A stretch of 64,000 nucleotides of DNA from an uncultured Gemmatimonadota bacterium (lineage in GTDB: Bacteria > GCA-2686955): positions 1-64,000 of the forward strand of contig CAZBBK010000013.1 of NCBI GenBank assembly GCA_964490075.1, written 5' to 3'. The notes beneath the pieces are model-generated. The model saw nothing but the letters and a program-made list of their open reading frames with translations. It searched no databases and had not been told where the DNA came from. Shown in pieces: positions 1 through 11,473 of this stretch; positions within the stretch are counted from its first letter, which is position 1; each line of letters begins with the position of its first letter. The position numbers and the translations under genes are program-made.

Positions 1-137
1 ATCCGGATGGCCCGCGCTCCGATATCGGTGCCTACGGGGGGCCGTGCAATGTGGGATGGCTGGGCTTTGGGTGTCAGGTGAGTGTGGATGCGCATCTTCC
101 CGGCCGCTCCGGCCCCTTCGCCCCCTCCATGCGCTGA
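1..137 (+). CDS. 3' end of secreted beta-helix family protein (partial, runs off window start)
   Basis: Frame 3 reads PDGPRSDIGAYGGPCNVGW..., stop TGA 135-137; same C-terminal motif as the 11474, 40738 and 59374 proteins. Confidence 0.75.
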   Translation, partial: PDGPRSDIGAYGGPCNVGWLGFGCQVSVDAHLPGRSGPFAPSMR

Positions 138-138
138 C

Positions 139-365
139 TCAGATCCGCGTCCGCTCGAGGTGCCGGGCGATCAGCACCTTGATCCACGATTGCCTGGGCA
201 CGCCGAGCCGCCCGGCTTCCTTGTCGAGCCGCTGAATCATCCAGACCGGGAAGTCGACATTGACCCGCTTCTGCTCCTGCCCGGGGCGACGCGCCCCTGG
301 CTGGTCGAGGTAGTCGGTGATGTCCTCCCCGATTCAAATCGTCTCTCGAACTCGTCAGCGTTCAT
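139..365 (-). pseudogene. brnA: BrnA-like (CopG/RHH) antitoxin with a 1-nt frameshift, preceded by a few terminal codons of a BrnT-like toxin
   Basis: MNADEFERRFESG/EDITDYLD..ARRPGQEQKRVNVDFPVWMIQRLDKEAGRLGVPRQSWIKVLIA; restoring the frame needs one extra G in the G4 run near 327-330; upstream overlapping EEVRLNER*. Confidence 0.75.
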
Positions 366-441
366 TGAGCCTCACCTCTTCCAGGCCACGAACCAAACAA
401 GCCGCGGGCCGCCGCTCCAACGCGACGACCCGCGGCCACCA

Positions 442-531
442 TGGCGGAGAGGGTGGGATTCGAACCCACGGACCACTTGCATGGTCAACGGTTTTCGAGA
501 CCGCCCCGTTCAACCGCTCCGGCACCTCTCC
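442..531 (-). tRNA. tRNA-Ser(CGA)
   Basis: GGAGAGG acceptor, anticodon loop CTCGAAA, long variable arm, GTTCGAATC, encoded CCA. Confidence 0.97.
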
Positions 532-602
532 GGGCTATTCGACGGGCCGCCGAGGGGTCGGCGAGGCCCTATGTGGGCCCGCGATGAGTCGCGGGGAGAA
601 GA

Positions 603-692
603 TGGCGGAGAGACAGGGATTCGAACCCTGGAGCCGCTTGCACGACTACACGCTTTCCAGGCGTGCTCCTTCAACCACTCGGACATCTCTCC
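603..692 (-). tRNA. tRNA-Ser(GGA)
   Basis: GGAGAGA acceptor, anticodon loop CTGGAAA, long variable arm, GTTCGAATC, encoded CCA. Confidence 0.97.
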
Positions 693-1125
693 GTTGGCGC
701 AGCCGCCGGAAGAACTCCCGAAGCAGCTCGCCGCATTCCTCGCCCATGAAAGGGGCGGTGATCGGGACCTGGTGATTCAGGCGTTCGTCCTGCACGGTAT
801 TTCGCAGGGAGCCGCAGGCTCCCGCCTTGGGATCATAGGCTCCGAAGATCAGCCGTTCCAGTCTGGCGAGCACGATCGCCCCGGCGCACATGTGGCAGGG
901 CTCGAGGGTGCTGTAGATGCGCGCGCCTTCTAGCCGCCACGAACCAAGGGCGTTGGCCGCCGCGCCGATGGCGAGGATCTCGGCGTGGGCGGTGGGATCC
1001 TGCAGGGTCTCGACCTGGTTGTGGCCGCGTCCCAGCACCTGGCCCTCCGCTCCGATGACCACGGCGCCGACCGGAACCTCACCGGCCTCGAAGGCCAGCT
1101 TCGCCTCCTGCAGGGCCATGCGCAT
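646..1125 (-). CDS. tadA: tRNA adenosine(34) deaminase
   Basis: EVPVGAV, HAE and TLEPCHMC zinc motifs, DPKAGACGS; true start may lie about 30 nt further upstream. Confidence 0.93.
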   Translation of the reverse strand: MRMALQEAKLAFEAGEVPVGAVVIGAEGQVLGRGHNQVETLQDPTAHAEILAIGAAANALGSWRLEGARIYSTLEPCHMCAGAIVLARLERLIFGAYDPKAGACGSLRNTVQDERLNHQVPITAPFMGEECGELLREFFRRLRQRRDVRVVEGARLESV

Positions 1126-1178
1126 GAAGCGAGTCTCGGTATCGATGCGACCCTCCAGACTCGGAAACCACTGTGAGG

Positions 1179-1208
1179 AGGTTAGTTCGGGCCCGGGGAC
1201 GATGTCAA
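1179..1208 (-). promoter_or_regulatory. Putative sigma70 promoter for tadA-tRNA-Ser-tRNA-Ser
   Basis: TTGACA-18nt-TAACCT on minus strand. Confidence 0.45.
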
Positions 1209-1251
1209 ATCGGCGCCCGGGACCCTCCCGGCCGTCCCCGGAAGCGATCTC

Positions 1252-1290
1252 AAAAAAAACACGGCCACACCCCGCGGGGATGCGGCCGTG
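1252..1290 (-). terminator. Rho-independent terminator
   Basis: CACGGCCGCATCCC..GGGTGTGGCCGTG hairpin followed by T8, downstream of 1327..1830. Confidence 0.85.
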
Positions 1291-1326
1291 CCGGTCGTCA
1301 AGCGCGGATCGAGATCCGCTCGGGTG

Positions 1327-1830
1327 CTACTCGCAGCCGTTGATGGCGCCGTCGGCGGGGAAGTCGGTGCAGCTGCCCCACCAGCCGTAGTCGGCGTCGG
1401 GGATCAGGTTGCCGACCTTGCAGCCGACCATGCACAGGGTGTCGGCGCAGCTGCCGGAGCCCACATGGTCGAAGTTTACCTGGTAGCAGTTGTTGCCCAG
1501 CGGCGTGATCGCCGTCGGCGCCCAGTAGCCGGAATCGCAGATGGTGCCGGTGATGTTGCCGTCGTAGACGGTCCAGCCCGGAGTCTCGAACTCGAGGCTC
1601 ATGCACCAGTCGATGCCGTAGATGCTGGTCCAGTGGATGGTGATGTCCCAGTACTTCTCATCTTGCGAGAGAGCGGCCTGCTCCAAGACGGCCTGCAGCT
1701 CCTGCGGCATCTGGATGTTCATGGCATCGGGCCGCGCCTCGTCGTACTGGCCCAGAACGCCGTTGGCGTTGACGGCGAGTGCCGGTGTGGCGATGGCGGC
1801 GGCGGCGAGAAGAGCGAAGAGTCTGGTCAC
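1327..1830 (-). CDS. Secreted Cys-rich hypothetical protein
   Basis: Signal peptide (..ATPALA), 8 Cys, coding-like codon usage, own terminator. Confidence 0.8.
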   Translation of the reverse strand: MTRLFALLAAAAIATPALAVNANGVLGQYDEARPDAMNIQMPQELQAVLEQAALSQDEKYWDITIHWTSIYGIDWCMSLEFETPGWTVYDGNITGTICDSGYWAPTAITPLGNNCYQVNFDHVGSGSCADTLCMVGCKVGNLIPDADYGWWGSCTDFPADGAINGCE

Positions 1831-2041
1831 GAAAGACCCCCAGTTCGGAGTTATGGGCTGCCTGGTCCTTTGAGGATCGAGCGCGTCTCGCTCTCACCAG
1901 GCAGGAACGCGTTAACCATAACCCAGATATCTTGGACGGCGATCTCCTATCTCAGGAAGTCCTCCGTCCGGTCTGGCCATCGCCGCCGGCAACGAGCATA
2001 CTCATCCCGCAACCCCGCACCACGAAAGGTGAGAGCGTTCC

Positions 2042-3313
2042 ATGGCACAGGACAAGTCACTGAACATCGGCTTCATTTCCTTCCGCTTCTGCGGCACCGA
2101 CGGCGTCTCCCTGGAGACCGCCAAGTGGGCGGAGGTGCTCGAGGAGCTGGGGCACAAGTGCTTCTATTTCTCGGGCGAGTCGGATCGGCCCGAGGAGGTG
2201 TCGATGGTGGTCGAGGAGGCCCACTTCCAGCATCCCGAGATCGTGGGGCGGCACCGGCACTTCTGGGCGACCACCGAGCGCCGCCACGACGACACGCTGT
2301 GGATCAAGGAGAGGACCGAGTTCTTCTACCGCCACGTCAAGCGCTTCATCGACGAGTTCGCGATCGACGTGCTGATTCCCCAGAACCTCTTCTCCTACCC
2401 GCTCAACATCCCGCTCACCGTGGCACTGACCGAACTGGTCGCCGAGCGCAGCATTCAGACCATCGCCCACCACCACGATTTCTACTGGGAGCGCAAGAGC
2501 TACCTGGTGAACTCGGTGTGGGACTACCTGACGATGGCCTTTCCTCCGACCCTCAGCCCGGTGCAGCACGCGGTGATCAACTCATCGGCCCGGCACCAGC
2601 TGGCGCGGCGACGCGGTCTCTCGTCGACCATCATCCCCAATGTGATGAACTTCGAGATTCCGGCGCCGAAGCCGGATGACTACACCAGCGACATTCGCCA
2701 GACGCTGGGACTGGAGCCCGGCGAGCGGTTGATCTTGCAGCCGACGCGGGTGGTGCAGCGCAAGGGGATCGAGCATGCGGTGGAGCTGCTGAGCCGTCTC
2801 GACACCAAGGCGCGGCTGGTAATCTCGCACGCCACCGGCGACGACGACATGGGCTACGTCGACCGGGTCGTGAGCTACGCCAATCTGCTCGGAGTCGACA
2901 TCCTCTTCGCCGAGGACTACTTCGACGAGACGCGCGGAACCTCGGCCGACGGGCACAAGATCTACAGTCTCTGGGACGTCTACCCCTTCGCCGACCTGGT
3001 GACCTATCCCTCGCTTTTCGAAGGATTCGGCAACGCATTCCTGGAAGCGGTCTACTTCCGCAAGCCGATCGTCGTCAACAACTACACGATCTACGAAACC
3101 GACATCAAGACCAAGGGCTTCGAGGTGGTGATGTTCGACGACTTCATCACCGACAAGACCGTGGCGCAGGCCAGGGAGTTGATGGACGACCCGGACTACG
3201 CGGAGCACGGGGGGGAGCGCAACTACCAGATGGCGCTGGAGCATTTCTCGTATCGAACGCTCCGGAACAAGCTACGGATTTTGCTATACAATGCGCATGG
3301 GGTGGTGGGGTAG
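2042..3313 (+). CDS. GT4 glycosyltransferase, mannosylglucosylglycerate-synthase-like
   Basis: GTDGVSLETAKW N-terminus, HHHDFYWER, RKGIE, EGFGNAFLEA GT-B motif. Confidence 0.85.
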   Translation: MAQDKSLNIGFISFRFCGTDGVSLETAKWAEVLEELGHKCFYFSGESDRPEEVSMVVEEAHFQHPEIVGRHRHFWATTERRHDDTLWIKERTEFFYRHVKRFIDEFAIDVLIPQNLFSYPLNIPLTVALTELVAERSIQTIAHHHDFYWERKSYLVNSVWDYLTMAFPPTLSPVQHAVINSSARHQLARRRGLSSTIIPNVMNFEIPAPKPDDYTSDIRQTLGLEPGERLILQPTRVVQRKGIEHAVELLSRLDTKARLVISHATGDDDMGYVDRVVSYANLLGVDILFAEDYFDETRGTSADGHKIYSLWDVYPFADLVTYPSLFEGFGNAFLEAVYFRKPIVVNNYTIYETDIKTKGFEVVMFDDFITDKTVAQARELMDDPDYAEHGGERNYQMALEHFSYRTLRNKLRILLYNAHGVVG

Positions 3314-3321
3314 GTGGCGCC

Positions 3322-4587
3322 TCACAGGTGAGTAAAGGGCAATCCCACGATGCGGTCGGCGTAGAGCCGGGGCTTGGAATCGTTGTTGACGACGACTCCG
3401 AGGCGGGCGTCTTGCTCGTCGACGAAGCTCTTCAGTGAGCGGAGCTCGCGATGGTGCACGGTCGAGCTGTGCTTGATCTCGATCGCGACCATTCCGAAGC
3501 TCGTCCGCACGATCAGATCGACCTCGGCTCCGCCGCCGGTTCGATAGTAGGAGGCTTCGTAGGACATGCCTTCTCCGTCTAGCTGTCGGAGCAGCTCTTC
3601 CACCACCATCCCCTCCCACGAGCTTCCCATCTGTGGATGGCTGAGCATCGCTCTCTGGTCGGGCACGCGAAGCAGCGCGTGCAGGAGCCCGCTGTCGCGC
3701 AGATAGCCGCGCGGGTGTTTGACGACCCGCTTCTGGGTGTTCTTGGTGTGAGCCGGGATCTGTCGCCAGACGAAGGTGCCGTGGGCGATTTCGAAGTAGT
3801 CGCGAACGGTTGGCTGAGACACATCGAGGGCGCGCGCGACCTCTGCGTAGTTCAGGATACGTCCCGAGAGTCCGCCGAGGAGCTCCAGGAATCGTCGAAA
3901 GCGAATTTCGTCCAGGCGAGGGAAGAGCCTCTTCACGTCGTGTAGTAGATAGGTCTGGATGTACTGGTCGGTCCAGGCCTGGCGAAATCGCGGATCTTCC
4001 TTCAACCACGGCTCGGGGTAGCCGCCGTGAAACCAGAGCTCGTGAGCCAGATCGAGGTCGCCGCGCGGCCGGAGTCCACCCACCAGGTCCCAAGGCTCCG
4101 TTCCCGGATCCCGCAGGCGGCGCACGAAGGAGTCGCGGCCGAGGGTCTCGGTGACCTCTTCCCAGGAGAAGGGTGAGAGCTCGATGATCCCGATGCGGCC
4201 CGCGAGGCTCTCCGATATCGACTTCAGCAGGGAGGGGGAGCTGGAGCCGGTGATCACGAAGCGGCCTGGCACCTGGCGTTGGTCGTCGATCGCGACTCGC
4301 AGCGCGGCAAAGACCTCGGGCAGCAACTGAGCCTCGTCGATGGCCACATGGTCCGGGTTGAGCTTGAAGAACAGGTCGGGATCACGGGAGACGTGCTCGA
4401 AATCGGCGCGTCGTTCCAGATCGAAGGTCGTCCATTCTTGGGACAGGCGGTTCAGAAGCGTGGTCTTGCCGCACTGCCGAACTCCGATGATCGCGACGCA
4501 GGGGAAGAGGTCGAGGTAGGTGCTCAGGAGGGACTCAGCCGCACGTCTCATACCGCGCATAATCAAGCTCTCGCTTTGAAAATGCAA
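3322..4587 (-). CDS. AAA_14/DUF4143 ATP-binding protein
   Basis: GVRQCGKT Walker A, IDEAQ Walker B, TGSS, ESLAGR, GGYPE, EVDL..IEIK C-terminus; start may be one of the downstream Met codons. Confidence 0.9.
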   Translation of the reverse strand: MHFQSESLIMRGMRRAAESLLSTYLDLFPCVAIIGVRQCGKTTLLNRLSQEWTTFDLERRADFEHVSRDPDLFFKLNPDHVAIDEAQLLPEVFAALRVAIDDQRQVPGRFVITGSSSPSLLKSISESLAGRIGIIELSPFSWEEVTETLGRDSFVRRLRDPGTEPWDLVGGLRPRGDLDLAHELWFHGGYPEPWLKEDPRFRQAWTDQYIQTYLLHDVKRLFPRLDEIRFRRFLELLGGLSGRILNYAEVARALDVSQPTVRDYFEIAHGTFVWRQIPAHTKNTQKRVVKHPRGYLRDSGLLHALLRVPDQRAMLSHPQMGSSWEGMVVEELLRQLDGEGMSYEASYYRTGGGAEVDLIVRTSFGMVAIEIKHSSTVHHRELRSLKSFVDEQDARLGVVVNNDSKPRLYADRIVGLPFTHL

Positions 4588-4789
4588 GGATGCTGCGCGC
4601 GAGCAGTTGGCTCAGATGATAGATCCGAGCAAATGCAGGGGACGCCGCGGCTCGCCATGCCTTGAAGGACCTTGCGATGCGCTCGATTCGTCAAGCCATT
4701 TGACGAGATGTATGCCTCTTCGTCGAATCGTCGAACGGATTGCGGCCCCCTGCCCTTGTGCTTGCCCCGAGAGGTCGCCGCCACCCTCC

Positions 4790-5290
4790 GATCGGATCTT
4801 ACTCCCTCTGATCCGCTCGCCGATCCCAGGGCGGCGGACTGAATGGTCTCCCTACCGCGACATCGGCGGGACCGCAGTACTCCCGAGCGCCGCGATCTCC
4901 GCGCCCATCGCAGACCGGGATTCCCGAGGTTTCGCGCCCGCTGCCGGAATCGCGGGCGGGGGAGGCCGGGAGGGACCAGGAGAGTGTCGCCGTCCGCCGT
5001 GGCTTCGAGGGCGCCGCGGAGATCGAAAGGTGGCCGAGTCTCCGTCGCCAAAACTGCGACGGTCAGACACATCCAGGCCGGCGCGGCCACCTCAGCTCCC
5101 CCAATCTTCGAGGTAGCCACCGGGTGGCGGACAAGGAGCTGGATCGTTCGGGTCTTCCGGAGCGTCGGATGCTGCGGCGGTGGCGACCATCTGCTTCTCC
5201 TTGCTCCAGTCGGCATCATTGCCCGTCACTGTAACCGATCATCTCAGGGCGAGACCCTTGGTCGGCCGGTGGGTGCTTGCCCAGCCCAGC
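4790..5290 (-). pseudogene. Internally deleted paralogous copy of the 6462-9200 glycoside-hydrolase/beta-helix cassette
   Basis: 4790-4970 matches 6462-6645, 4966-5135 matches 7763-7935, 5200-5290 matches 9107-9190. Confidence 0.85.
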
Positions 5291-5435
5291 CACGAGCTGG
5301 CAGTCGTCGTTCCACTCGCTGAGCAGCGCGGCAGTTTGCCAGATGTCGCCTTCCACCTGGATCGATTCGAAGACATCGGGGTGGCGCTGGCCGAGATCGA
5401 TGGAACATCTCATCCGGCCCGCGTATCCTTCGGTC

Positions 5436-5738
5436 ATGTCGATGCTGTGCCCCACTCCGCCCGAGCGTCTCCTCGACGCCCGTGGTCGGCCCTACTTCTT
5501 GTGGGATTCAGACATGCCCCTGAAGCGCTTCGAGGAGCTTCTGCGCGACGGCGACGACGTGGTGCGGGCGCATCTGATCGCGAAGCTCATGCGCCAGGCC
5601 AAGCCGGACGATGTCTTCACCTTCGTCTCCCTGAAAGAGATCGGTGAGCTGTGGCCGAACCTGGCCTATCGGTTGGGTCGGACCCGCGACTTCTGGACTT
5701 GGCTGTTGACGCGATGGGGCGTCGTGACCGATGGGTAG
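5436..5738 (+). CDS. Small putative antitoxin partner (YFLWD motif)
   Basis: About 100 aa, RPYFLWD motif, overlaps the start of the downstream nucleotidyltransferase. Confidence 0.7.
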   Translation: MSMLCPTPPERLLDARGRPYFLWDSDMPLKRFEELLRDGDDVVRAHLIAKLMRQAKPDDVFTFVSLKEIGELWPNLAYRLGRTRDFWTWLLTRWGVVTDG

Positions 5739-6405
5739 CAAGCTCAGTCCGCTCCAAGTGCGGGTGATCGAAGCGTTGTCCGACCTGGACCCGCCGTGGA
5801 CCTTGACCGGCGGCGCCGCCCTCGTCGGATTCCATCTACACCACCGCACCACGAGGGATCTCGACCTTTTCCTCCACGGTCGCTCCGCTCTCGGGGGTTA
5901 TGCGGACTTGGTGATCGCTACACTTCGGGAGGCCGGAATCGACGTGGTTTCTCAGCAGACCGGGATAGCGATGCATCGGCTGATCGCGACGGAAAAGGGG
6001 GAATCGACCGTCCTGGATCTGGTCGCCGATCCTGTTTCGACCATCGAAGCTCCCGTCGAGAGAGCTGTGGGCAGTTCCACAATCCGCGTGGATTCCATGC
6101 ACGAGATCTTGGTGAACAAGCTCTGTACACTCGTTCAGCGGTCGGAGCTCAGGGATCTGATCGACGTACGAGAGCTCCTCGCGCAGGGCGGAGATCTGCT
6201 TCGCGCGCTCGGCGACGCGCCGAAGAAGGACGGAGGATTCTCGCCATTGACGCTGGTTTGGCTCCTCGGGCAGCTCTCGATCGAAGCCATCGCCAAGGCC
6301 GAGGGCCTGGCCCCGGAGGAGACCCGAGGGCTGGAGCAGTTTCGAGATCGGCTCGTGGAGACCCTGAGCGAGCTTACCCGCCCAGACGCCGATCGAGGGC
6401 CGTAG
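5731..6405 (+). CDS. AbiEii/AbiGii-family nucleotidyltransferase toxin
   Basis: TGGAALVGFHLHHRTTRDLDLF, NKL...R...RDLID motifs. Confidence 0.88.
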   Translation: MGSKLSPLQVRVIEALSDLDPPWTLTGGAALVGFHLHHRTTRDLDLFLHGRSALGGYADLVIATLREAGIDVVSQQTGIAMHRLIATEKGESTVLDLVADPVSTIEAPVERAVGSSTIRVDSMHEILVNKLCTLVQRSELRDLIDVRELLAQGGDLLRALGDAPKKDGGFSPLTLVWLLGQLSIEAIAKAEGLAPEETRGLEQFRDRLVETLSELTRPDADRGP

Positions 6406-6471
6406 GAGGGGTCTCGTCGATAGGAATTCGCTCCGCCGGGGGGCGATGGCCACTACGTCGTGAATCGGATC

Positions 6472-7887
6472 CTACTCCCACTGATCCGCCCGCCGATCCC
6501 AGGGCGGCGGACTGAATGGCCGCCCGACCTCCACATCGGCCGGACCGCAGTACTCCCGCGCCCCGCGATCGCCGCGCCCATCGCAGACCGGGATTCCCGA
6601 GGTTTCGCGCCCGCTGCCGGAATCGCGGGCGGGGGAGGATGGGAGGGGGGTGCGCCTGGGATCGAGCAGGGGCTCGACGAAAAGATCGTGCTCGGAGGGG
6701 GGCTCGAAGCCGACGATATCGCCCCCCGTGTTGTTCCAGTAGAGATTATGGTCGGCGAGCGCCTCGGCGTAGTAGGCGACGCCGCCGCCGTTCTTGGAGT
6801 TCATCACGATATTGTCGACGAAGCTCCCGCCGCCCATCGCGCACGCCGCGGCGAACCCGGGCTCGACCAGGGAGTCGAAGCAGGTGTTGCCGCCAAAGGT
6901 GTTGCGCTCGACGAGGGCGTCGCCGCGCGGGACGTAGAGGGCGCCGCCGAGGCCGCCCTGGTCGTAGTACATCATGTAGGAGGCGTAGCCGCTGGCGGTG
7001 TTGTCGAGGAAGATGTTGCCGGTGATACGGGCCGGCTCGCTGTTGCTCGAGATGTAGACGGCGCCGCCTTCGGCGGCGGTGCAGCGGATGAAGATGTTGT
7101 TTTCGATGACGAATCCGGCGTAGATGAACTGGAGTAGGCTTAGGGCGCCGCCCTTCGACCACATGTTGAATCTTGTTTTGTCGGCAGCGCAACCGATGAA
7201 AGTGCTATTTGTAATCGTCAGACTATCAGGGCTGGCGCTCACGGCTCCGCCTCCACCTCCCAATGTTGATTCCCCCGCCCAGCTCCCCTCTGCCAAGCAG
7301 TTCTTGAAGACCGAATTGTCAATTGAAACACATTCGCGAGAGGCCGAGTAGATTGCGCCTCCCCATGCGGCTGTGTTCCCATCGAACTCGCATCCCTCGA
7401 CGACGATAGAACCCGCGGGCTGGTAGCCCTTGATGAAGATAGCACCGCCTCGCCCTTCGACAGCGTCATCTTCATCCCACCACCCGACCTTGTTCTCGCT
7501 AAAATGACAGTTTTTGAATATCGCTTTCCCGTGCTCTACGAAAGCAGCCCCACCTTCGTAGTAGTGTGTCCACAGGCGATAGCGGTACTTCCCCGAGCCT
7601 CTCGTGAGAGTGAATCCCTCGATACGAATCTCCCGGTCCCCCCCCGGCGACAGAGTCAGCACCGATCCTTTGCGTCGCCCGTCGATCACCGTGGCCTCCG
7701 GCCCAGCGGTCGACATCACGGTGATCGCCCGCCCGCTCAGATCGAGCGGGCCGGGATAGGTGCCGGGAGGGACGAGGAGAGTGTCGCCGCCCGCCGTGGC
7801 TTCGAGGGCGGCGTGGAGATCGAAAGGTGGCGGAGTCTCCGTCGCCAAAACGGCGACGGTCAGACACATCCAGGCCGGCGCGGCCAC
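6472..7887 (-). CDS. Secreted right-handed parallel beta-helix protein
   Basis: GDTLLVPPGTY, GPEATVIDG, repeated GGA(I/V) and F..N motifs. Confidence 0.85.
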   Translation of the reverse strand: MAAPAWMCLTVAVLATETPPPFDLHAALEATAGGDTLLVPPGTYPGPLDLSGRAITVMSTAGPEATVIDGRRKGSVLTLSPGGDREIRIEGFTLTRGSGKYRYRLWTHYYEGGAAFVEHGKAIFKNCHFSENKVGWWDEDDAVEGRGGAIFIKGYQPAGSIVVEGCEFDGNTAAWGGAIYSASRECVSIDNSVFKNCLAEGSWAGESTLGGGGGAVSASPDSLTITNSTFIGCAADKTRFNMWSKGGALSLLQFIYAGFVIENNIFIRCTAAEGGAVYISSNSEPARITGNIFLDNTASGYASYMMYYDQGGLGGALYVPRGDALVERNTFGGNTCFDSLVEPGFAAACAMGGGSFVDNIVMNSKNGGGVAYYAEALADHNLYWNNTGGDIVGFEPPSEHDLFVEPLLDPRRTPLPSSPARDSGSGRETSGIPVCDGRGDRGAREYCGPADVEVGRPFSPPPWDRRADQWE

Positions 7888-7888
7888 C

Positions 7889-11361
<3,473 letters not shown>

Positions 11362-11473
11362 GGAAAGCGGCCCCGTCCCGGCCGGCGCGGGGCTATCCTG
11401 AAACGAGGTCGCATGCTGACCCGACCGGGGCCGACCCGCTCGCGCTTCGGCGCAGACACGAGAGGAGAACCCG

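Noticed and set aside
82-933. ORFs 82..933 and 317..775
   Set aside because: Antisense shadows of two tRNAs, tadA and brnA
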